NCBI GenBank assembly: GCA_002269645.1
Contig: NIVC01003285.1
Location: forward strand, 42,584-106,583
Source: Macrostomum lignano
Lineage: Eukaryota
Length of the DNA stretch: 64,000 bases
Direction of reading: 5' to 3'
The notes beneath the pieces are model-generated. The model was not told where the DNA came from and did no database searches. It was given only the letters and a program-made list of their open reading frames with translations. Every line of letters starts with the position of its first letter. The first letter of the stretch is position 1. Position numbers and translations under genes: made by a program. Shown one piece after another: positions 1 through 18,323 of the stretch.

Positions 1-16
1 AGTCAATTGTCACTAT

Positions 17-907
17 TTACTTTGGTGCACAATGTGCGCAGTAATGGCGACTCACTGTCTCTTCCATCGCAGTGTGTCTTCGGCAAGTTCCTTCGTCACA
101 CACGCAACGCTTCCTTGTTGTTGCACTCAAGGCACGCTTCTCGTCCTTTGACTTTTGTCTCGCGCATGTTGCACAGCGCTTTCTGCCACCAACTGACACC
201 ACAGCCGCCGCTTCGCGTGCCTGTTCCTTCATTTGCTCGTCGTTGATTTGACAACCTGCGAGCTGGAACATCAGCCGGTGATGATTGGACAGATTCTGAA
301 GAAGAGCGGCCGATTGCTAGCGCTCCTCGATCAGAGGTTGGAGAAGTTGCGCAGCTGCCTTGCGCTGGAACTCGTTGCGATAGTTCGGCAAGGCGCAAAG
401 TCTCCAGGTAGCGGCGGCATTCACAGCTGCTATGTTGAGTATGCCGCCGGAGAAAATTGCCTTCTCGCATGAGTCGGACTTTCGCTTGCAGTCGGATGTG
501 CGGAACATCCTGTTGCAGGTGTCCGTGCCACTCTAGGTAGAATTGTAGTACGTGCCTATTGCTACAGGCTTGCCATTGGGAAGCAATTGTCTGTCGTGAT
601 GCATAGTGAACAGCAACATCCCGTTTCGGCCCGCCTTGGGGCAGTAGTACACACACGTGAGCTCCTCAGAAAACCGGAATTCGCTCGTGTGTGGAGCCAC
701 GTTTTGAGTTGAATTCTTGAGATCGGCTAGCAGGCCACCACGACTGCGCATCACTGTTCCAAGAAACGTGAATCCCATTTCCTGTACCAGTGTCATCTGA
801 ATGGATCAGCCAAGCGGCAAACAACTTGCTCACCACTCCACACCTCTGAGCCCTTGGCCAACCGAGCATCGGATTCCTGTGATGCAAAAGTAATGGACAG
901 CAGTGTT
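17..907 (-). pseudogene. piggyBac (PGBD-type) transposase remnant, 3' part
   Basis: Minus-strand frames give SGEQVVCRLADPF, GFTFLGTVMRSR, KPVAIGTYYNST*SGTD (piggyBac KPxxIxxYNxTKGGVD with K replaced by a stop), AIFSGGILNIAAVNA, and a C-terminal Cys-rich domain (KRCATC...CVC...C..H...YCAHC, stop at 17-19). The DNWF/second-Asp segment appears to be deleted. Nonsense and frameshift lesions are present. Confidence 0.85.
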
Positions 908-1029
908 CACGCCTATGCAGAAGCTGAAAAATGGGGAAAGAAAATTCCCTAAGAAACTGATGCTTTTCCCAGCCCCAATGACCTATGCAGATTTTAAAAA
1001 CAGTGTCAGACAAATCTAATCGCCTTGTC
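908..1029 (+). repeat. Left TIR (122 bp)
   Basis: Reverse complement of 3756-3877. Contains CCTATGCAGA twice (912-921, 982-991). Confidence 0.93.
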
Positions 1030-1415
1030 CAAAAATAATAGAATGGAAAATTGAAATTATGTGTTCTCAGCTGCATGTTCAGTATTAGATTCGTCAGTTG
1101 CGCCATTGCAAGTAGTGAAAACAATTGCGTAACAAGAGCAGGCATCAATTGCAAAGTTTAGAGCATAAATTTAAGGGCGTCATAAAATGCTGTACATTAT
1201 TAGATAGAAATTTTGGCAGACAACTCAAATGTACATATTTATTGAGATCTATTGTGATTAAGGGATTGAGAAACAATGAACAGACTATGTACATTCATAA
1301 AGTAGAACATGCCTCTTATCACAAGTTTGCTAACACGCAGACTTCCTTTGAAAATAAAGTTGCAGTCAATTGAAACAATTACCCTCAGTACTCAAATCAG
1401 TTCTCTGGCCTCGCG

Positions 1416-3476
1416 ATGCCAAACTTTCGACGCACACATGAAGAGAATCGTATCTGGTGCTGCATCCTCTGCTTCCGCAAAGCCGATCGCGTTATTTCAG
1501 CTGCTCAGGCAGAACTCATCGAGCAATTTATCCTGCCAGAATTCTGTCATGCCTACATCCGTAATACTCTGCCAGGAGGCATGTGCAGCTGCTGCAGCAA
1601 GAAATTGCAGTCACAGACGTCACCTGTACCGCAAGAACTGCCTGCTCGACTGCCATACCTTCAAATTGTTGCAGATTTGGAGGTTTTGCCACAACTCACA
1701 CGTGAGCATCCGCACTGCTCCTGCTGTATCTGCCAGGTAGTTTCCAGCCCATCAAACAAGCGGGTGGCGGTCTGGCACCCATACATGTCTGACAGCAGCC
1801 GGGCCAACCATAAATTGCCCCAAGGACGACCTGCAGAAACAACTCGAAGCCAGGACAGAGACTCGGAGAAGCGCTGCACTAGGTGCCACTCACTTGTGGG
1901 CAAAGGCCTAAGGCACGAGTGCAGCGTCTCCAGCAAGTTGCAGTACCTGCGCACGCTCAGCCCTACATCAAAAGAGCACATCGCTCATGACGTGATGCGT
2001 GAAAAGCTAAGAGCAGCAGCAGCATCAGGACATGGATCAACGGCTTCTATTTCCAGCGCCACCGGTGGCCCACCAATGCAGCTGAGGCATGCAAGTGATT
2101 CAAATGAGCAGAGAGCGCTGAGGACCGAGACACTAGTAACGTTAAAGACATCTCTCAATCTGAGTGACCGGCAGACAAACATGGCAGCCACAATTATCAG
2201 GCAGGCGGAGGGCAGTCGTAAGGCCGTGCAACCCGGACTGCGGGCAGCTCTGGCAGCCGCAGGCAGCATCGCGGAGAGTTTTTTTGAGATGCGGCAGCTC
2301 AAATTCACTCAAAAGTCCTCAGGTGGCAGCTTTACTGATACCACAAGATGTTCCGTCATATGCCCCGATCTGCAGGGCCTGCTGAGCTTCATTTGCTCAA
2401 AGCGAGGATTTAGTGAGTTCGATGTGAGATTGAAGCTGGGGATGGACGGAGGTGGTGGCTCGCTAAAAATCTGCCTTAGTGTCGCCCCAGTACTGCCTAC
2501 CGAACCACAGGCAGAGTCCACACCTAAGAAGCTGAGCAGGGAGTCGCGAATAAGCAACTTTGGCGTAAAAAAACTGTTTATCATCGCGATTGCTGAGGAT
2601 GTCCAGGAGAACTATGCAAATGTGCGAGCACTTCTAGATGAGCTAGACTTGACATCGATTAAGTTCACAGTCGCTTGCGACTTCAAGCTAGCCAACATCC
2701 TGTGTGGCCTTCAAAGTCATGCCGCAGCTCATCCTTGTCTCTACTGTGAGGGGCAGGCGCCGTGGCAAGTTGCCGGTTCCATAAGAACCCTTGGATCCAT
2801 TCGTCGGATGGCCACGGCATTCGAGGCTGCTGGTAGCTGCCAGCGACTGGCAAGAAACTACGCAAGCTGTGTCAGACAGCCTCTTCTCCCTGGGGCTGAT
2901 TCTACGCCAATGCTGGACCTCGTGCCACCACCAGAGCTGCACATCATGCTTGGTGTGACCAACAAACTGCTCGATCAGCTGAACTCAGCTTGGGGCGACG
3001 ACAAGGCATACAAGTGGGCGCATTCAGCTGGAATCTGTCGCGAGCAGTACCACGGCGGGTGTCTGGAAGGCCCTGCGTGTGTCAGATTGCTGCTTAAAGC
3101 TCAAGAGCTCAAGAGCAACCTGCCATCAAGGCTCCAGGGCTATGCGTCTGCTCTCATGGCATTCGATGCTGTTCGCCAAGCATGCTTTGGGCAACAGCTG
3201 ATGAGCGACTTTTGCCAGAAGATTGCCCAGCTGGAATCCTGCTGCGCTGAACTGAAGCTGGTGCCGACACCTAAGATGCACGCCCTTTTCCACCATGTTC
3301 CGGAGTTCTGCGAGCGATTCAACTCAGGCCTTGGGACCTTCAGTGAGCAGGCAGTCGAGTCTGCACACAGCGACTTTCGTTCGACGTGGCAGCGGTTTCG
3401 CAGGCCTCTGGGGCATGTGCAGTATGCAGAATGCCTGCTGCGCGCAGTTGTTAGCTACAATTCCAGCCATATTTGA
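1416..3476 (+). CDS. DDE transposase, 686 aa, Chapaev-like N-terminal Zn motif plus Transib/RAG1-like core
   Basis: N-terminal H-x7-CxxC...P-x3-CxxC (HEENRIWCCILC...PGGMCSCC). Core motifs GMDGGG (D344), ACDFKLANILCGLQSHAAAHPCLYC (D422, CxxC), PELHIMLG, TPKMHALFHHVPEF and GTFSEQAVESAH (E648). These parallel RAG1/Transib GMD..YDEK..ICTLC..LHCDIG..HKTLAHVPE..ASEGNES. Confidence 0.88.
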   Translation: MPNFRRTHEENRIWCCILCFRKADRVISAAQAELIEQFILPEFCHAYIRNTLPGGMCSCCSKKLQSQTSPVPQELPARLPYLQIVADLEVLPQLTREHPHCSCCICQVVSSPSNKRVAVWHPYMSDSSRANHKLPQGRPAETTRSQDRDSEKRCTRCHSLVGKGLRHECSVSSKLQYLRTLSPTSKEHIAHDVMREKLRAAAASGHGSTASISSATGGPPMQLRHASDSNEQRALRTETLVTLKTSLNLSDRQTNMAATIIRQAEGSRKAVQPGLRAALAAAGSIAESFFEMRQLKFTQKSSGGSFTDTTRCSVICPDLQGLLSFICSKRGFSEFDVRLKLGMDGGGGSLKICLSVAPVLPTEPQAESTPKKLSRESRISNFGVKKLFIIAIAEDVQENYANVRALLDELDLTSIKFTVACDFKLANILCGLQSHAAAHPCLYCEGQAPWQVAGSIRTLGSIRRMATAFEAAGSCQRLARNYASCVRQPLLPGADSTPMLDLVPPPELHIMLGVTNKLLDQLNSAWGDDKAYKWAHSAGICREQYHGGCLEGPACVRLLLKAQELKSNLPSRLQGYASALMAFDAVRQACFGQQLMSDFCQKIAQLESCCAELKLVPTPKMHALFHHVPEFCERFNSGLGTFSEQAVESAHSDFRSTWQRFRRPLGHVQYAECLLRAVVSYNSSHI

Positions 3477-3755
3477 TGTCAAGCATTTTCATGCCTGCAA
3501 AGATTTCTAGGATTTAGCTTGTGTACTTAATATCCATGCACACTTTATTCCATACGGACATTAGCAATAATAAGTGCATGGTTCTCATTTTATAATATTA
3601 ATACTAATACAGTTGCACGTTCCTTTAATGATTAAAATTAATATTAAAACTACGAACTTATATTAACATTAATATTATCGATGGGTTTCGCCTTAAATAC
3701 CTATCATATTACATGTAATTTGCATATAATATAAAAAATTCATATTACCATTTTT

Positions 3756-3877
3756 GACAAGGCGATTAGATTTGTCTGACACTGTTTTTGAAATCTGCAT
3801 AGGTCATTGGGGCTGGGAAAAGCATCAGTTTCTTTGGGAATTTTCTTTCCCCATTTTTCAGCTTCTGCATAGGCGTG
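3756..3877 (-). repeat. Right TIR (122 bp)
   Basis: Reverse complement of 908-1029. Confidence 0.93.
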
Positions 3878-4480
3878 TGTTCCTTTGCCAGTGCAGATTT
3901 CCGCATTGAACACATGTCCATGTCATCCTGAATCTTTGGATTCCCAGCCGATGTCAGCAGGAACAGCTTGGCACCATTGCGATCGGGCTTCTCCTTCAGA
4001 AAGACCGTGAAGTCACAGTCCACACGCCAGTAGACAACCAGAGTTTCGTCGACGCAGAGGTACGGCCCGGAAAGAGCAGGATGGCGCAGCTGATCTACAG
4101 GCGTCGGATGCCGTAGAGCTTGTCCGTTGCGGCAGTCCGCTGACGATGTTCGGCAGTTTCGAATTTAACATGGTGCAAAAGCACTGTATAATATGCAGAC
4201 ATGCCTGGTTTGGTGCCTTGATAGAAAAATCACGATGTTGGGGGTGCCAGCTCGTCAGGGCCGCGTGGTGCCATAACGTTGAAGGTCTTGAAGGTCGCCT
4301 GTAGGTCTACAGGTCAGCCTAGAGGGTCGCCATCGTCCATTTCATTCACCGATTGTGTCTACTGACTGAATGCTGCATACAGAAGCGGATTCTTCCATTT
4401 CAGTTTTGGGAACGCAGCCATCTCTGAGATACCGATCGGGTGCTTTTGTTGAAGGTCCCGACGGTCGCCGCCGATGCTCC
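3878..4480 (-). pseudogene. piggyBac transposase remnant, 5' part
   Basis: Frames give VKFETAEHRQRTAATDKLYGIRRL*, then GPYLCVDETLVVYWRVDCDFTVFLKEKPDRNGAKLFLL (first catalytic D; piggyBac VDE..F..Y...KP.KYGIK), then GHVFNAEICTGKGT. The upstream limit is approximate and no TTAA/TIR end was found. Confidence 0.85.
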
Positions 4481-4879
4481 AGACGGTGATGAAGGGGACC
4501 CTGTTGCCTGGGATGCTGAGAGTAAAAGTCCCTACGACTGATATGCATAGTTTGTTGAGCCGACGTGGTTTCATGATGAGATTTTGTGAGCAGAAAAAAT
4601 TTGCCAATGTTGGTGGTTTTTGCCACCAGACACCCCGAGGAGAATCGTTGAATATCTCGACGATGCCGATTTTTCGTGATTCTCAAAGTTGCTTCATCGA
4701 ATAAAGCGGAAATTTTTAGCCAGTGTTCTGGATTTTCATGGCAATCAGTTGAATATTTTTGGAGAGCCAGACAAAGTGAAATATGTGTATTTGAAATACA
4801 CCCCCATGGTCTTTCTACTGTTAAGCCATGACTTAACGTCAACCCCGGCCTATCCTCCCTTCGATGCTTGGCCTAAAAA

Positions 4880-5110
4880 ATTCCCTCATGAGCCTTGACA
4901 TCTCAGCAATTCCCGGCCCTATGACCACAACACTTCAGCGCCAATCCCCGGTGAGTCTCAATCATCCCAGAAACTCCCCACACGAGCGTTGACATTAGCA
5001 ATTCCTCCTGTGAGCCATGCACAGAATTTCAGCAATCCCCTCATGAGCCGTAGCATTTCAGCAACTCCCCGTGAGCATTGAACTTTCAGCAATTCCTTCA
5101 TGAGCTCGTA
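4880..5110. repeat. Degenerate ~40-bp repeats (CCTCATGAGC...TCAGCAATTCC)
   Basis: About 5 imperfect copies visible. Possibly subterminal repeats of the piggyBac element. Confidence 0.45.
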
Positions 5111-6147
5111 CTCTCGGTTAAATTTACTTCCACTACATATCGGACGCGACGCTATAGGAATTTTATATATTTGCTTCCAACACAGTACGTAGATGTTTAT
5201 ACTCGTAACAGCTTGTGCAAGGAAAGATCACCGCGGACTACTTACGATCTAAATAGAAGGACGCACAAAGCATACAAATTTTATTGGAGACTGATTATTC
5301 AATTTGATGTAGCCCGGGCTCCAGAAACTCGTCGAAATGTAGTTTGTCTACATGTAATTTAGGGTAAACGACTCTTATATAGTAGTCTGTGGGAAAGTTG
5401 CGAATAAAAATATTTCGCACACGCAAAAAAACCAGTAAAATATCCAAATATGATGCACACAGAAATCTGCAGACTGCAGCATGGGACGAGGAGATAAAAA
5501 GTAGCTTTTCAACTCTTCAAGGTCTTCTACGTCTTCAAGATAAAACTGGTTCGCCCATGCGCTGTGGATTCACGCTAAAAGCCTTCTCCATGTCTGCACG
5601 ACCTAAAAAGGAAATGATTGACAAATTTGGACCGGAACAGAAACTGTTTTACAACTAAATTATTCAACAAGTGTTTGCCCTTGTCATTTTCTCCTTGTTA
5701 AGATCGGTGGCTCATCTTCTAACTGCCAACCAAGAAGAAAGCAAAAAGTCATCAAAAGACTAAATTTTAGTTTTTGAATGGGTCCAAATGAACAATAATG
5801 ATAAAATGATAATTTGATAAAATGAAATTTTAACAAAGGCAAGGCACTCATTTTAATTTGAATCATTTTAATTTGTGCTGCAAACGAGCATAATGAAACC
5901 ACGAAGAACCTACGGTCAATTTCTGGCATAAAAGTTCCCGGTGTACTGGCTGCCATTACGGCGGGGAGTTTGCTTGAAGTTTGAAGTCGTGCTTATTCTT
6001 GTCCTAGCAAACATCGCAAAGAGCGTCTTTCCCGTTTTAACAATCGAGCCAGCATGAATTATTGAAGATGCAAGCATCGACTCGGCTCGCTGTCAAAAGA
6101 TCCAGTCGAGAAGCTGTTGAGCAACGCAGCGCACTCAAGCTCGGCTG

Positions 6148-6153
6148 TATAAA
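6148..6153 (+). promoter_or_regulatory. Candidate TATA box of the prohormone gene
   Basis: TATAAA about 125 nt upstream of the ATG. Supported by position only. Confidence 0.3.
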
Positions 6154-6274
6154 TGCGCCGGTCCAGTCCGAGAACCCGGAGTCCTCGCAGAGAACATTTT
6201 TTGCAGAACAAGCTGCTGCAGACACAGAGAGTCGGTCTCAATTCCAAACCACTGAAGCCCGTAGAAGCTGCAAC

Positions 6275-6975
6275 ATGATCTCAGGCCCCCTACTGCTGCT
6301 CCAAGTGATGCTGGCGGCATTCGCTATTCAGGAAACCATGGTAAGCATCTGGTTCTGCATCAGTGGCAATTTAAAATGGCCAATTGCAGCTTCACTTGAA
6401 TGGCCCCTCTGTTGTACAAATTGCAGGCGAGCCCGTCGCATTCCGCCCTAGACAGAAGAGAGTACCTGCTGCAGTCGCTGATTCAGTCCTTCATCGATCA
6501 GGAAGTGCACTACGATGGCCAGCGCAAACGGGCCGCAGCCTTGGAGCGCCTGGTGAACCTTGATGTGCTGCCGGACGGCCGGCGCAAGAGAGGCGGCAGC
6601 ATCAGCGAGCTGGAACGGCTCCTGAAGATAATGGAGGTGGAATCGCGCGGCAACAGCCCCATCCGCCGGGCGGCCTATTTCCCGCCCAACCTGCCGCTGG
6701 ATCTGGACGTCCTGCCAGACGGCCGACGCAAGCGAGACATGCCCGATTGGACCCGAATCATCGGCATGAACACCAACTACGACGGACGTCGCAGGAAGCG
6801 ATCCAACTACAAGAAGAGCCTGGCCGTCTACAGCAACCTGCGCCCCCTGATCGCGCCCGACATCATCCACATGGGCAAGCGCCACACTGACACGGTTGGC
6901 GGCGGCCACCGGCGCAAGCGACTGCTGGACACTCTGGTCAGGGCGCGGCCGATTTTCGATGGCAAGCGAGGCTGA
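6275..6975 (+). CDS. Secreted neuropeptide/prohormone precursor, 204 aa; join(6275..6340,6427..6975)
   Basis: Exon 1 MISGPLLLLQVMLAAFAIQETM is signal-peptide-like and ends at GTAAGC. Acceptor TTGCAG at 6426 is in phase 0. Exon 2 has repeated Gly plus basic cleavage sites (DGQRKR, DGRRKR x2, DGRRRKR, MGKR, DGKR). Confidence 0.82.
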
Positions 6976-7025
6976 GCAACAGCTGCATGCCTCATCAAAT
7001 CAACAAAATTTGAATGCCGAACCCC

Positions 7026-7031
7026 AATAAA
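7026..7031 (+). terminator. AATAAA polyadenylation signal
   Basis: Canonical hexamer about 50 nt after the prohormone stop codon. Confidence 0.55.
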
Positions 7032-7353
7032 AGACAGATGACAAATAAGTAGCTTTCATAGCAACGAGAGCGCAGTTTGAGCTCGAAAAATACACGGGTA
7101 ACACGGATCTCATTTTTTTGAAGAGATCTACTATGCGGAATGCTTCTTCTGGCTAAGAAATGTTAAAATTGTCACCGAACCAGTCGCTCTGCAACGCGCC
7201 AGCTGGCAAGTTAAAAGCCCAATCTGAAAAGCTGAATTCATGAAAGCTCGTATAAAGTAAGGACCATGCGAGATAACCGAATGACTGAACACTACGAATA
7301 ATCTGTTTCGAATGATTAAATCTTGATTTTAAACCAAATTTCGATTGCTAATA

Positions 7354-7838
7354 CCAAATCCCTATGATCCCAAACAACCGAATCCCGATTATCCCAAATA
7401 CCGAATCCCGATTATCCCAAATACCGAATCCCGATGATCCCAAATAACCGAATCCCCATGATCCCAAATAACCGAATCCCGATTATCCCAAATACCGAAT
7501 CCCCATGATCCCAAATAACCGAATCCCGATTATCCCAAATACCGAATCCCGATTATCCCAAATACCGAATCCCCATGATCCCAAATAACCGAATCCCGAT
7601 TATCCCAAATACCGAATCCCGATGATCCCAAATAACCGAATCCCGATGATCCCCAATACCGAATCCCGATGATCCCAAATAACCGAATCCCGATGATCCC
7701 CAATACCGAATCCCGATGATCCCAAATAACCGAATCCCGATGATCCCAAACACCGAATCCCGATGATCCCAAATAACCGAATCCCGATGATCCCAAATAC
7801 CGAATCCCGATGATCCCAAATACCGAATCCCTATGATC
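7354..7838. repeat. Minisatellite, 23-24 bp (CCGAATCCCGATGATCCCAAATAA)
   Basis: About 20 tandem copies seen. Confidence 0.95.
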
Positions 7839-8424
7839 TCATGTCACGCAATGCAGATTTTAAGTATTTTATCATATCAATATCAACCAGTATTTACCTC
7901 AAAAAATTGTAAACTATTACTAATGAAAATAACTAACACAGTGCAAACCAATAATTAAATTTGAACACGAAAGCAAAGGCAAAAAGCAAAACCCAACTGC
8001 ACGTTTAGAAAGCGAAAAAGAAATTCACTAATTTATTAATAAAGAAGCGTTAATGGAATTATTAATGTATAAATCTTAAATCTTAAATTTCGTCTAGCAC
8101 TCAGTTTGGCATGCACAAATTTAATATTACTCTTGTAAACTGACGCAACTTGAAAAGCAACAAAATCTGTCAATTAAATTCGTACTGAACAAAAAATCAT
8201 TCAAAACGGATAAAGAAGCTACAGGCAACAAGAGAACGGCAAAGATGAATGAGCAAGTCGCGGATGGTGAAGGAATCACAGAGATTAGACGGTTGGAAAT
8301 TTTTGCACAATTAATTCTGTTTAGTGCGAGTTACCTTAAAAACTTTTCACTGGACCTTTTGATGGGAATGTTGTACCGCTTGATGATGATAAAGCAATTG
8401 TGAAAAAATGAGCACGTTCAGTCG

Positions 8425-9075
8425 AAGGGGATAGTTTGCATTCTAAGGGGATAATGTGCATTCTGAAGGGATAATGTGCATTCTGAAGGGATAATGTGAA
8501 TTCTGAAAGGATAATGTGCATTTTGAGGGAATAATGTGCATTCTGAAGGTATAATGTGCATTCTGAGAGGATAATGTGCATTCTGAATGTATAATGTGCA
8601 TTCTGAAGGGAAAATGTGCATTCTGAAGGGACAATGTGCATTCTGAGAGGATAATGTGCATTCTGAAGGTATAATGTGCATTTTGAAAGGATAATGTGCA
8701 TTCTGAGAGGATAATGTGCATTCTGAGAGGATAATGTGCATTCTGAGAGGATAATGTGCATTCTGAGAGGATAATGTGCATTCTGAGAGGATAATGTGCA
8801 TTTTGAAAGGATAATGTGCATTCTGAGAGGATAATGTGCATTCTGAGAGGATAATGTGCATTCTGAGAGGATAATGTGCATTCTGAGAGGAAAATGTGCA
8901 TTCTGAGAGGATAATGTGCATTCTGAGAGGATAATGTGCATTCTGAGAGGAAAATGTGCATTCTGAGAGGATAATGTGCATTCTGAGAGGATAATGTGCA
9001 TTCTGAGAGGAAAATGTGCATTCTGAGTGGATAATGTGCATTCTAAGGGAATAATGTGCATTCTAAGGGAACAAT
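8425..9075. repeat. Minisatellite, 20 bp (ATAATGTGCATTCTGAGAGG)
   Basis: More than 30 tandem copies. Confidence 0.95.
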
Positions 9076-9974
9076 GTAGGAATATAACGTGCAGTCAATG
9101 GTGCACGCAGATTGGATGAGGACAATGTATACTCAATAGGGACAATAAGCACTAAATGAGGACAATGCGCATTCGATGGAGGGCGAATCTGCACTCTGCA
9201 GTAGGCTTACAGAAAAATATTTCCACTAAAGCCAAAACAAACGGCCATTGGCCAACCAGTTAGAAACCATTGGCACAGAAAGAAACACATGGATTCCAAA
9301 TAAAATCTCTGATAGCACTTAGAAAAGAAATGTTAACGGAAGAAAGAAGCGCAGGTTTCTATAGGACTTTCAATATTGAGCCAGAGATAGTGAGAAATAA
9401 GCGGAGAGCATTGAGTATCGATTTTTAGCCTCTGATGGTCGGCAGTGAGGCGGTCAGGGCAGCCGAGTTGAAGAATTCGCATTAGACTAAACATAATGCA
9501 CAGGTCTGACAGATGGTCAGCATTATTTCTAAATAAATAAATAGGAACATGTTGCAAACTGTGCTACTGTCAGTAGGCAAATTAACAAAGAGTAACAATA
9601 ATAGAAAAATGCGCGCAAAATATAACCGAAAACAGGCCGGCGCGAACTGGTGATTTCTTGGAAAAGGCCAACAAAACAGCTCTGCGAATAATGGACAGAC
9701 AGGCAGGAAGACAAACGTATTAGATTGGAAGAATAAACAACTTTTTTTTAAAAAGGAAAAGCAAAGCCAATTCACCTGCTGCAAGAAAGTTGGCGGTTAA
9801 CTATCATACAATAAGCATGGCTTATAAAAAAACATTATTTTCTAATAACACTTTTTTCACTGCAAATTTTTAAAACAGCCTCAACGGAACCAGAAGACTT
9901 CCTTAGCAATAGTTCAGAGGGACTTGAGAGACGCAACACTGAAGGACCTAAGATATGTATGGGCATAGGTGGCT

Positions 9975-10445
9975 CATTGAGGACCTCGGAAGGGGGAAGA
10001 GGGAAGCAGCGGCCCATTGAAGGACCTCGGAAGGAGGAAGAGGGAAGCAGCGGCCCATTGAAGGACCTGGGAAGGCAGAAGAGGGAAGCAGCGGCCCATT
10101 GAAGGACCTGGAAAGGAGGAAGAGGGAAGCAGCGGCCCATTGAAGGACCTCGGAAGGAGGAAGAGGGAAGCAGCGGCCCATTGAAGGACCTGAGAAGGGG
10201 GAAGAGGGAAGCAGCGGCCCATTGAAGGACCTGGGAAGGGGGAAGAGGGAAGCAGAGGCTCATTGAAGGACCTGGGAAGGGCGAAGAGGGAAGCAGCGGC
10301 CCATTGAAGGACCTGGGAAGGGGGAAGAGGGAAGCAGAGGCCCATTGAAGGACCTGGGAAGGGGAAGAGGGAAGCAGAGGCTCATTGAAGGACCTGGGAA
10401 GGGGGAAGAGGGAAGCAGCGGCCCACTGAAGGACCTGGGAAGGGG
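9975..10445. repeat. Minisatellite, 40 bp (GAAGGACCTGGGAAGGGGGAAGAGGGAAGCAGCGGCCCATT-like)
   Basis: About 11 copies just downstream of the ICA1 stop codon. Confidence 0.93.
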
Positions 10446-10542
10446 AAGCCAGTTTAGGACAAGAAAATGGTCACGCCGAATAAAAACGCAGGCAGCACAA
10501 GAGCTGGAATATAGGATGATAAAACGAGAGACCAGGCAGTGT

Positions 10543-17613
<7,071 letters not shown>

Positions 17614-18140
17614 AGCAAATTTGAGTCCGTTGACAGTTTGCACTGAAAAATATGCTGATTGGCCGAATCTCGACTACAAAGACAATCTCTTGCTGCACTC
17701 TGCCTCTCTCTCTTCTTTCTTGCTCGTAGATGTTGCAGAAAAAGCAGTAACTGATATTGTGTTGACAGCACAGACACACGGCGGCCGCGCAACAACTTGA
17801 AATCAAGTTGATTTATGATTCAAAATTTAGAGCCTGAAAATGCAGTACCGTTTTGCAGTTACCGTCTAGAATTGCTTTATTATGTTTCCGCAAAAAATAA
17901 TAACACTGGCTCTTGTCGCTACTTGCTAAGTAGGCAAGTTCAATCGATATGAATTGAATATTTCGATTCTTTCTCAACTTGATTAATTGCAAACTTATGA
18001 GAGTGCTTGAGTTTGCCATGTTGGCATAATATGTTTTTCCCCTATCCAAAAATGTAGTTTGACTATGAAAAATTATTAAATAAACTTAGGAAACGAAAAT
18101 ACAAAAGAAACGAAAATACTACTTGTTCAAGTAAGTAGAG

Positions 18141-18323
18141 CAGGGGTCGGCAAACGCCGGCCCGCGAAGACTCTCTATCCTAATTATGTTTTGAAACTCC
18201 ACAATAGCCACCCGACCCGCTTAAGATAATGTTTGTGTCTCTTCTCAGCTCTGTCCTCTTCTCTCATCTTCTATTCCCTATCTTTTTCTTTCTCAGCTGG
18301 CCCCTGAGTTTTGCCGGCCCCTG
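18141..18323. mobile_element. hAT-like MITE, 183 bp
   Basis: TIRs CAGGGGTCGGCAAA / TTTGCCGGCCCCTG. Perfect 8-bp TSD AAGTAGAG at 18133-18140 and 18324-18331. Confidence 0.88.

Larger units (their letters stand above)
908..3877 (+). mobile_element. Autonomous-looking Chapaev/Transib-like (CMC-type, RAG1-core-like) DNA transposon
   Basis: 122-bp terminal inverted repeats starting CACGCCTATGCAG (908-1029 vs 3756-3877, 2 mismatches by eye). Perfect 4-bp TSD TGTT at 904-907 and 3878-3881. Single intact transposase ORF. Removing the element restores a piggyBac reading frame. Confidence 0.9.

Noticed and set aside
666-1154. 162-aa and 85-aa ORFs (666-1154, 3766-4023) sharing sequence
   Set aside because: The shared sequence is the TIR read through by chance; these are chimeras of TIR and piggyBac remnants.
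908-3877. ProtoRAG-type element with a RAG2-like partner
   Set aside because: Only one long ORF fits between the TIRs. There is no kelch/PHD ORF, and the TSD is 4 bp rather than 5 bp.
8336-8420. Possible minus-strand exon ending AAG|GTAAC
   Set aside because: No partner exon, homology or clear acceptor; could be UTR or chance.
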